Made by a program: the position numbers and the translations under genes. From an uncultured virus (IMG/VR IMGVR_UViG_3300029319_005559) (lineage: Duplodnaviria; Heunggongvirae; Uroviricota; Caudoviricetes), in IMG/VR virus record IMGVR_UViG_3300029319_005559: a DNA stretch of 20,000 nucleotides. One strand, written 5' to 3'. Of this stretch, positions 6,054 through 12,522 are shown piece after piece; position 1 is the first letter of the stretch, and every line of letters begins with the position of its first letter. The notes below the pieces were generated by a model, which had not been told where the DNA came from, did not search any database, and worked only from the letters and a program-made list of their open reading frames with translations.

Positions 6054-6375
6054 AACAATGAACGAACTTAGGCAAGAGAAAACTTATGGTTATAAAGCAC
6101 CATTTGGTATGACTCACAAAGAAGAAAAACCAAAAGGTTATTCAGAGATTGATATAGAAACTACTAAGGACCTGATATTCAACAGCTTAAAGAATAAGTT
6201 TTACGATATGATATTTCAAGCAGTATGCGATGAAATGTCAAAGCATGAAGTGTTTCAAGAAGAAACTTATTTTACACCGCAAGGTATGGATGAGTTTGAA
6301 GATCAATGGTTTGAGTTTTATCACGAGCATCATGGTGATATACTAGGTTCTATAATGAAAGATTTTACAAACTAA
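6037..6375 (+). CDS. Hypothetical protein with an acidic C-terminal half (up to 112 aa; start may be 6043)
   Basis: ORF track; stop lies inside motif copy 7. Confidence 0.8.
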   Translation: MQMKTRTMNELRQEKTYGYKAPFGMTHKEEKPKGYSEIDIETTKDLIFNSLKNKFYDMIFQAVCDEMSKHEVFQEETYFTPQGMDEFEDQWFEFYHEHHGDILGSIMKDFTN

Positions 6376-6397
6376 ATACGAACACTAATAGATAATA
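6366..6397 (+). promoter_or_regulatory. Class I promoter-like motif, copy 7
   Basis: TACAA ACTAAATACG AACACTAATA GATAATA. Confidence 0.85.
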
Positions 6398-6402
6398 ATA
6401 TT

Positions 6403-6600
6403 ATGAAAAAATTTAATAAAATGGAGTCTAATCTTATATGTGATGCACTTGACTATTACGTTATACAATTAGAAGCTGACATAAAAGCTCTAGAAGAAAG
6501 CGGCAAAACATCTATATTTGCACCTGGGTTTTACCCAATGATAAAAGATGAACTAGTAGCCAAGATCAAAAAAGATATGACTAAAAAACAAACCTTTTAA
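6403..6600 (+). CDS. Hypothetical protein (65 aa)
   Basis: ORF track; ATG 6 nt after motif copy 7. Confidence 0.8.
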   Translation: MKKFNKMESNLICDALDYYVIQLEADIKALEESGKTSIFAPGFYPMIKDELVAKIKKDMTKKQTF

Positions 6601-6612
6601 TACCTTAACCAA

Positions 6613-6741
6613 ATGGCAATATGGAATGAAATACAAGAGCAGTTGAAAGAGTTGCAACAGCTACTTGATGAAAGAAAACAACTCGACCAAATATATAACC
6701 AATTAAAAAACCAACATGACGGAATCACAGATCCTAAGTAA
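6613..6741 (+). CDS. Short coiled-coil peptide (42 aa)
   Basis: MAIWNEIQEQLKELQQLLDERKQLDQIYNQLKNQHDGITDPK*. Confidence 0.5.
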   Translation: MAIWNEIQEQLKELQQLLDERKQLDQIYNQLKNQHDGITDPK

Positions 6742-7063
6742 TCTACAAGCACTAGGTGCTAAAGATACAACAAGCGATGTACAAAAGAAAAACGGTACAA
6801 CTTGCTTTACATTACCAACAGGTGACTGTATATCTGAACACAAAACAGGATATATCAGGAAAAATCTACTAAACAGCAATGGCGGTATATATACGTGCTA
6901 TCAATTAAATCCAACTTACAAAAGCGTTCATAAGTATATACTAGAAGATGGCAAGGTAAGAGTATTTGATAGAAATAACAGAATGTTAATATGGTCAAGA
7001 AAGCAAAGATTATACAAACTATTATTATACACTATAAAACAAATTAACAATGCTAGAAATTAG
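6716..7063 (+). CDS. Hypothetical basic protein (115 aa)
   Basis: ORF track. Confidence 0.8.
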   Translation: MTESQILSNLQALGAKDTTSDVQKKNGTTCFTLPTGDCISEHKTGYIRKNLLNSNGGIYTCYQLNPTYKSVHKYILEDGKVRVFDRNNRMLIWSRKQRLYKLLLYTIKQINNARN

Positions 7064-7469
7064 AAACGAAAGACTCGTAGAACTAGTTAAAAATCATTTA
7101 AGTATATCTATATCTACTAGTTTAGACGACTGGTCTAACGTAGATTGTAGAGTATATAGTGAATGTACTGCAGACGGTTATGACTTATATGTTGTAACTA
7201 ATGAAAAAGATCATCCTATTATATGTGAAGATTGCTATCAATATGATCATGATATTGCTGATGCAGTAAGAGAACAAATAAGATATGGAGATGAAACTTT
7301 TTATATTGATCTAGATTTATACAATGATTGCTACATACAAGATATGTTAATAGAATTATTTGTAGATCACGTAGAAGATATAGTTGAAGATGATGACTTA
7401 GATATAACATTAGAAGAAATTAACTACTTAAAAGAAGAATATGGCCTCACAGAAGAAGTCGAAGACTGA
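7050..7469 (+). CDS. Highly acidic protein (139 aa), possible DNA mimic
   Basis: About 40 D/E versus about 8 K/R by manual count. Confidence 0.8.
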   Translation: MLEIRNERLVELVKNHLSISISTSLDDWSNVDCRVYSECTADGYDLYVVTNEKDHPIICEDCYQYDHDIADAVREQIRYGDETFYIDLDLYNDCYIQDMLIELFVDHVEDIVEDDDLDITLEEINYLKEEYGLTEEVED

Positions 7470-7719
7470 ACAAAAATTACCTAAATGGTTCAAAGGCATG
7501 GTATACAGAGAAGGTGCAGAAGTAACTAATCCTTTTTCAGGTGAATCATATGAACTAACAGGTGTAGAACTATCATTGTATGACTTTATAATGGGTTGTA
7601 ATATGGTGTTTGAATCTGTACCTAACTCAATGACTAGCAAGAGAATAAAAGAATTTCAACAAGCATTAAACTGGTTTAGAGTAAATAATCCAGAAGCATA
7701 TTATGTCTTGCTAGACTAA
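7441..7719 (+). CDS. Hypothetical phage protein (92 aa)
   Basis: ORF track; VTNPFSGE and C-terminal WFRVNNPEAYYVLLD motifs. Confidence 0.85.
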   Translation: MASQKKSKTEQKLPKWFKGMVYREGAEVTNPFSGESYELTGVELSLYDFIMGCNMVFESVPNSMTSKRIKEFQQALNWFRVNNPEAYYVLLD

Positions 7720-7721
7720 TA

Positions 7722-7999
7722 ACGCGAATAAGCGCGTGAGAAGTGTAGGATGTGTGTAGTGTTGACATGAGCTACATTACGGAAGTGTATTCCATCTTAC
7801 TCACTTGGCAAGCTCGTACTTTCCCTTCGGCGTAAGCCCACAGGTGACGGTACGGGCTATTCGTGGTAGCACGTATGTGCTCACGAAATATATAAGGCGA
7901 CCAGGCATCCTTTGAGTGCTCGTACCTAAGATACCCCAGTCATGGCTGTATAGCTATATGAAGCGGGTGACGGTACGGGCTTTTCGTGGTATGAAACGA
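7722..7999 (+). ncRNA. GC-rich structured non-coding island with two copies of a stem-closing motif
   Basis: Direct repeat GGTGACGGTACGGGCT(A/T)TTCGTGGTA at 7843-7868 and 7966-7991, each preceded by complementary GCTCGTAC (7812-19, 7918-25); several further hairpins. Confidence 0.65.
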
Positions 8000-8188
8000 T
8001 TTATAAAATTTACTACAATCTGGATAAGTCAAAACCTGGCAATACCATTTTGGATGGTAGGTCACATCCACTTATCAACCAATGTATACCAAGATTTGTA
8101 TGAAATAATAACTTCCATAGGATTAAATCTTGTAGTTTTTGCAGGTTTTATCATGGATTACAAACTAAATACGAAAGACAATGGATAA
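7991..8188 (+). CDS. Small membrane protein (65 aa; start moved from 7916 to ATG 7991)
   Basis: MKRFIKFTTIWISQNLAIPFWMVGHIHL...IITSIGLNLVVFAGFIMDY; the upstream extension falls in the structured RNA island. Confidence 0.7.
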   Translation: MKRFIKFTTIWISQNLAIPFWMVGHIHLSTNVYQDLYEIITSIGLNLVVFAGFIMDYKLNTKDNG

Positions 8189-8190
8189 TA
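8159..8190 (+). promoter_or_regulatory. Class I promoter-like motif, copy 8
   Basis: TACAA ACTAAATACG AAAGACAATG GATAATA. Confidence 0.8.
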
Positions 8191-8198
8191 ATATTAAA

Positions 8199-8471
8199 AT
8201 GACAAACAAAGAGTTAGAAATACTAGCAGAATTGTTGTTCGATAAGCTAATGGAACGACAAGAAGAATACGACAGAGAGTTTGAAGAGTCTGTACAAGAC
8301 ATGTTTAAAGCAGGTTTTACAGCTGAACTTAAATTAACTGAAGAAGAATTAATGATCGGTGAACTAGCAAGACTACAGACATTAATGATGTTATATGAAA
8401 ACAAAGAAGAATATGAGAAAGCAGCAGTGCTTCTTAAAAAAGTAAATGACATTAAAAAGAGATTACGATAA
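8199..8471 (+). CDS. Protein with a C-terminal UVR (UvrB/UvrC) coiled-coil-like motif (start probably 8199)
   Basis: LYENKEEYEKAAVLLKKV resembles the UVR ExYExAAxL pattern; ATG 8181 lies inside promoter motif copy 8. Confidence 0.65.
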   Translation: MTNKELEILAELLFDKLMERQEEYDREFEESVQDMFKAGFTAELKLTEEELMIGELARLQTLMMLYENKEEYEKAAVLLKKVNDIKKRLR

Positions 8472-9325
8472 TGGAAATAAAACCAATGTTAGCCCATAAA
8501 TACAACCCTGATAAAATCCAATATCCTGCTTACATTCAACCAAAGCTTGATGGTGTAAGGTGTGTATTTACAAAAGATGGTGCATTCAGCAGAACAGGTA
8601 AGCAGTTTAAAAATGTAGATCACATTCAACTTGCACTAAAACCTACGTTTGCTAAATACCCTAATCTAATGCTTGACGGCGAACTATATAACCACAAACT
8701 AAAAGATGACTTCGAAAAAATTATTTCATTAGTCAGAAAAACTAAACCAACTGATGAACATAGAGCTGATGCAGCTCAACTTGTACAATATCACGTGTAC
8801 GATCTATATACTGATCACAACACCGCATTTATATTTAAAACATACAGTGCAAGAAGAAACTTTATTATAGACATAAGCATGTCTTGGCTAGATAAACCAA
8901 GTTTAAAAGTCATTGATACTTATGCAGTTACAGATGAAGATCACGCAAGAGAATGGCATCAAGACTTTCTAAAAGATGGTTACGAAGGCTCTATATTACG
9001 TGATCCTACATCACATTACAAAAATGGCAGATCATATGGTTTAATGAAGTTTAAAGATTTTGATGATTCAGAAGCTACAATTGTAGGCTATGAATTAGGT
9101 AAAGGTAAAAGAACAGGTACGCTTGGTAAGTTTATTATGTTAGATGACGAAGGTGTAGAGTTCGGTTGTCCACCGGGCAAAGGCTACAACTACAAAGATC
9201 TAGCAGCAATGCTCGATAACATTAATGACTATATAGGTCAGCGTGCTACCTTTACTTATTTTCAACGAACTAAAGCAGGTAGTTACAGACATCCGCTATA
9301 CAAATGTATAAGAAATTATGAATAA
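8471..9325 (+). CDS. lig: ATP-dependent DNA ligase (minimal adenylation plus OB domains)
   Basis: KPMLA; motif I QPKLDGVR; LDGELY; YHVYD; GYEGSILR; LMKFKDF; C-terminal YRHP. Confidence 0.95.
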   Translation: MEIKPMLAHKYNPDKIQYPAYIQPKLDGVRCVFTKDGAFSRTGKQFKNVDHIQLALKPTFAKYPNLMLDGELYNHKLKDDFEKIISLVRKTKPTDEHRADAAQLVQYHVYDLYTDHNTAFIFKTYSARRNFIIDISMSWLDKPSLKVIDTYAVTDEDHAREWHQDFLKDGYEGSILRDPTSHYKNGRSYGLMKFKDFDDSEATIVGYELGKGKRTGTLGKFIMLDDEGVEFGCPPGKGYNYKDLAAMLDNINDYIGQRATFTYFQRTKAGSYRHPLYKCIRNYE

Positions 9326-9461
9326 ATGTGAATTTTGTGGCAAGTTTATGACAGAAGAAGAATATAACTTCTGTGATATTTGTCCCGACTGTAGAGATAA
9401 AAACTATGAGTGGGAACAAAAAGCAGAAAACTTTATAAAAACAGGAAGTTATTACAAATGA
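9318..9461 (+). CDS. Small Cys-rich zinc-ribbon-like protein (47 aa)
   Basis: MNKCEFCGKFMTEEEYNFCDICPDCRDKNYEWEQKAENFIKTGSYYK*. Confidence 0.65.
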   Translation: MNKCEFCGKFMTEEEYNFCDICPDCRDKNYEWEQKAENFIKTGSYYK

Positions 9462-9721
9462 AGACTATAATACACGTAAATCAACACAAGATACGTAGTA
9501 ATTGTAAAAACAATGCTAATGAAGCAGTGTTGACTTGCAAGACATATAAATCTAATACTTACGCGCATGAAGCTGTTATATACGGCAAAGATGGTTTAGA
9601 GGCAGCTAGAATTATATACTCACCTAGTAAACCATTATCATGTGGTGCTAAAGTATGGATACAAACTGATAACAAAGTAGAAACATTAGATTATGAGAAA
9701 ATTGATATGGAAGTTGTATAA
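9458..9721 (+). CDS. Conserved hypothetical phage protein (87 aa; start moved to ATG 9458)
   Basis: MKTIIHVNQH.I..N and KPLSCGAKVWIQT motifs; ATGA overlap with the upstream stop. Confidence 0.8.
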   Translation: MKTIIHVNQHKIRSNCKNNANEAVLTCKTYKSNTYAHEAVIYGKDGLEAARIIYSPSKPLSCGAKVWIQTDNKVETLDYEKIDMEVV

Positions 9722-9779
9722 TGAAAACATGATTAGTTTAGAAGTAGCTAATCTATTATTAGATAAATATTATGAATGA
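9693..9779 (+). CDS. 28-aa peptide
   Basis: MRKLIWKLYNENMISLEVANLLLDKYYE*; fills the gap between neighbours. Confidence 0.45.
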   Translation: MRKLIWKLYNENMISLEVANLLLDKYYE

Positions 9780-9858
9780 TAAAGCAGACTGGTTTATTAT
9801 ATTACTTGCTTCGGCATGTTTACTGTGGACTATTATGTTTACAATATCTATACTATGA
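9772..9858 (+). CDS. 28-aa hydrophobic peptide
   Basis: MNDKADWFIILLASACLLWTIMFTISIL*; stop overlaps ATG 9855. Confidence 0.4.
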   Translation: MNDKADWFIILLASACLLWTIMFTISIL

Positions 9859-10340
9859 ATATATTTTATTTACATAGAGATCCTGTAAAAGCTGCACAGT
9901 ACCAATACAACAAACATGTTGTTAAGATGATCTTAGAATCAGCCCAAATGCTTTGTACAGCACATCATGAAATAATGGGAGAAGATGCAAATGTACCTTA
10001 CAAACGTGCACATGTAAATCACCCATCAACTATATGGTGTAGAAGCTCAGCTGAAAATTATACTTGGCTTTATGATCACTTTTGTGCTTTATCTGAAGAA
10101 TATACTAAACGTTACGGTAAAGTACATTTGTCATATACAAAGTGTGATCCTTATTTAAGATATTTACCTGGTGGATTGCCATACACAGGATTTACACAAC
10201 CACCTCAGGCTATGCCTGATGAATATAAAGATACATGTAGTGTTCAAGCATATTGGAATTATTACATAGGTGATAAGTTTAACATAGCTCACAAAGATGA
10301 AACAATTTATAAAACTAGGCCGTTGTGTGCGGCATCGTAG
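9855..10340 (+). CDS. Pyrimidine-dimer DNA glycosylase / endonuclease V (DenV)-family protein
   Basis: MNIFYL...KHVVKMILESAQML...YKRAHVNHPSTIW...HLSY...PPQAMPD signature; start moved to the MNIF ATG. Confidence 0.8.
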   Translation: MNIFYLHRDPVKAAQYQYNKHVVKMILESAQMLCTAHHEIMGEDANVPYKRAHVNHPSTIWCRSSAENYTWLYDHFCALSEEYTKRYGKVHLSYTKCDPYLRYLPGGLPYTGFTQPPQAMPDEYKDTCSVQAYWNYYIGDKFNIAHKDETIYKTRPLCAAS

Positions 10341-10479
10341 ATGTGTGCAAGATAGAGTGTTAGAATTACGAAAGAAAATATTTCATGATGCTATGCATCG
10401 AGGTATTATAAATACAACAACAAAAGCATTATTGCTTAAATACAATAACTATTTAATTAAACTATATGGGAGCAAGTAA
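10297..10479 (+). CDS. Small basic hypothetical protein (up to 60 aa)
   Basis: ORF track; start uncertain because of a 44-nt overlap with the upstream gene. Confidence 0.5.
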   Translation: MKQFIKLGRCVRHRRCVQDRVLELRKKIFHDAMHRGIINTTTKALLLKYNNYLIKLYGSK

Positions 10480-10606
10480 AAGAGATTATATGGACTATTA
10501 TAGCCATGCTACATTAGAAGAACTTATACGTATGTATAACTTAGACGCTGAAGAGCAAATGTGGTATGAAACATTATGTGACAATAAGCCTAAAGATATA
10601 GAGTAG
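10466..10606 (+). CDS. Hypothetical protein (46 aa)
   Basis: MGASKRDYMDYYSHATLEELIRMYNLDAEEQMWYETLCDNKPKDIE*. Confidence 0.55.
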   Translation: MGASKRDYMDYYSHATLEELIRMYNLDAEEQMWYETLCDNKPKDIE

Positions 10607-10620
10607 ACAGCTAATGTCAC
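10578..10620. repeat. Spaced inverted repeat, copy 3, covering the ATG of the HTH gene
   Basis: GTGACAATAAG (10578-88) ... GCTAATGTCAC (10610-20); 43 bp; ATG 10614 is inside the right arm. Confidence 0.7.
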
Positions 10621-11234
10621 AAAGAGCTATGAAATATCTACACGACAAACGCATCGTATATCGTCGGTATTCACCAGATCAAGCAACTGAAGAGTATGAT
10701 TGGGGTTGGTATTATGCTGAAGGTACTTATGGGTACTATAGTCTGTTTCGTAGTAATGCAAAAATTAATACTTATAAATCTTTAAAATGGCATTTATTAA
10801 CTTTGTGGTATTTAAATCCACGACTTGATTTAAAGCAATTTAAAGAATTAGCAAGTGTAATATCATATAAACCAAATGGTTTTGTTACATTCAATGTAAA
10901 TAAATGGCAACTTAATGATATGGTTAAAGATATATTTAATGAAGATCTTGAACGTCCACCTAAAAATAGGTTACGTAAAGTAGTATTTAAAGATGGCACA
11001 GGTCTTGATACTTCAGAAAAACTAAGTATTGTTGGTAGTATTGTAGGTAGAAAGCGTATACAAGAAGAAGATATATACGACGCCATGCTTCATATAAATG
11101 AGCAAGGTCAAAAAATTACAATATCAAAATTAGCTAAAGCCTTAAAATGCACATCACGTACAATACACAGAAACATGGGTGAAGAACTCAAAAAAGAAAA
11201 AGACAAACTAAATATTGACAATGAAAAAATATAA
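10614..11234 (+). CDS. DNA-binding protein with a C-terminal helix-turn-helix (206 aa); possible regulator or replication initiator
   Basis: KITISKLAKALKCTSRTIHRNM is a typical HTH pattern. Confidence 0.75.
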   Translation: MSQRAMKYLHDKRIVYRRYSPDQATEEYDWGWYYAEGTYGYYSLFRSNAKINTYKSLKWHLLTLWYLNPRLDLKQFKELASVISYKPNGFVTFNVNKWQLNDMVKDIFNEDLERPPKNRLRKVVFKDGTGLDTSEKLSIVGSIVGRKRIQEEDIYDAMLHINEQGQKITISKLAKALKCTSRTIHRNMGEELKKEKDKLNIDNEKI

Positions 11235-11970
11235 TGTAAAGAATTATATTAGGTATAAAGAAGATGTCAAGCAAGCTATTGCAAATGTAGAATTAAAAGA
11301 TTTTGTTGATTATACTAATGAAGAATTAAAAGTTATATTCTTACCGTTAGTTGAAAACATAGGTCGTAAGTTTGCTACATCGCAAGAAGCTTCAGGTGTT
11401 ATGTCTATTATGGATATAATCCAAGAAGGTAGTTTACAGTTGTGTAAAGCTGTAGATAAAATAGATAAAGACAAATTAATTGAATCTGATGACGTAGAGA
11501 AAACATTAAAGTCTTTTCTAGCTAAACGTATTCGTGGCGGTATTAGACGCGAGATAGATCGTAATAGAGGCACGATGCGTATACCTGAACATAAGTTAAA
11601 TGAAATGCGTAGTACTAAAGATGAAAAGATGGTACGTATGTTTTTTAACTCTATATTTCTATCTTATGACGCTAAGCAAGAAGATGAAGATATGATATAC
11701 CAAATACCAGATAAAGCAGATCCATACAATGAAACTTTATTAAATGCTTATATAATGAGTTTACTTAACAAACATCTTGAATGGAATGAAATGTTTGTAT
11801 TAAGCAAAAGCTATGGTCTTGATGGTCCTAAATGGAATGCTAAAGAAATAGCTAAAGCTTTAGACATACAAGGAGTGTCTGCATATGTAAGAGTTTCAGA
11901 GCTTAAAAAGCAAGCTGTTGAAAAATTAATTGCTAATGTAGACCACTCACAAGTGCTTGATTATCTGTAA
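11221..11970 (+). CDS. Phage-encoded sigma-70-family RNA polymerase sigma factor
   Basis: Region 2: LPLVENIGRKF, DIIQEGSLQLCKAVDK, RIRGGIRREI, MRIPEH. Region 4: YGLDG...KEIAKALDI...VRVSELKKQAVEKL. ATG 11221 is preferred over TTG 11215. Confidence 0.88.
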   Translation: MKKYNVKNYIRYKEDVKQAIANVELKDFVDYTNEELKVIFLPLVENIGRKFATSQEASGVMSIMDIIQEGSLQLCKAVDKIDKDKLIESDDVEKTLKSFLAKRIRGGIRREIDRNRGTMRIPEHKLNEMRSTKDEKMVRMFFNSIFLSYDAKQEDEDMIYQIPDKADPYNETLLNAYIMSLLNKHLEWNEMFVLSKSYGLDGPKWNAKEIAKALDIQGVSAYVRVSELKKQAVEKLIANVDHSQVLDYL

Positions 11971-11993
11971 ATTAAACCAAAAACCTGTAATAA
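11967..11993 (+). promoter_or_regulatory. Class II promoter-like motif heading the replication block
   Basis: GTAAA TTAAACCAAAA ACCTGTAATAA, 7 nt before ATG 12001; same boxes and spacing as 1157-1131 (-). Confidence 0.6.
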
Positions 11994-12000
11994 TAATTAT

Positions 12001-12522
12001 ATGACGTTAACCAAAAAATTAACCAAAATTCAAACAGAGTTTAAGTCGAAGAAAAGTAGATACAACTCATTTGGCAAGTATTATTTCCGATCTGCCGAAG
12101 ACATCCTAGAAGCTACAAAACCCTTTTTAAAGGAGCTAAATGTTACAGTTACTGTTAACGAGGATTTAATTAGTTTTGATCCACCAGTTATGCAGGTCAC
12201 TGCGTCTATATCTGATGGCAATGAAACAATTGAATCTAAAGCTGTAGTTGGTGTTGACTTAGATCAGAAAGGTATGCAAATGCCACAGCGATATGGTGCA
12301 GCAAGTTCTTACGGCAAGAAGTATGCACTAGGTAATTTGTTCTTGATTGATGATACACAAGATGCAGATGCCACTAATAATCATGGTAAAGCAAAAGCTA
12401 CAATAACAAACGCAGACTTTGCTAAAGCTAAAAAATATGTTAAGTCAGGCGGTAAAGTGGATGCTATAAAATCAAAATATAGTTTAACACAAGCGCAAGA
12501 GACTGAGCTACAATCGTTATGA
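12001..12522 (+). CDS. erf: ERF-family single-strand annealing protein
   Basis: NSFGKYYFRSAEDILEA.KP and GAASSYGKKYALGNLFLIDDTQDAD motifs. Confidence 0.9.
   Translation: MTLTKKLTKIQTEFKSKKSRYNSFGKYYFRSAEDILEATKPFLKELNVTVTVNEDLISFDPPVMQVTASISDGNETIESKAVVGVDLDQKGMQMPQRYGAASSYGKKYALGNLFLIDDTQDADATNNHGKAKATITNADFAKAKKYVKSGGKVDAIKSKYSLTQAQETELQSL

Noticed and set aside
7845..7853. TGACGGTAC resembles a 16S rRNA helix 17 segment
   Set aside because: Only 9 nt match, the flanks and pairing partners differ, and no other rRNA sequence is present.
7843..7991. 26-nt direct repeats as a CRISPR mini-array or HDV-like/theta ribozyme
   Set aside because: There are only two copies, 97 nt apart, and each pairs with its own upstream arm. 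I could not build the nested P1/P3/P1.1 pseudoknot or find a catalytic C in the expected junction.
1356..8190. Class I repeats as a CRISPR array or integron attC sites
   Set aside because: Spacing is irregular (130 bp to more than 2 kb), whole genes lie between copies, a central 9-nt block is variable, there is no palindromic structure, and no cas or integrase gene is in the window.
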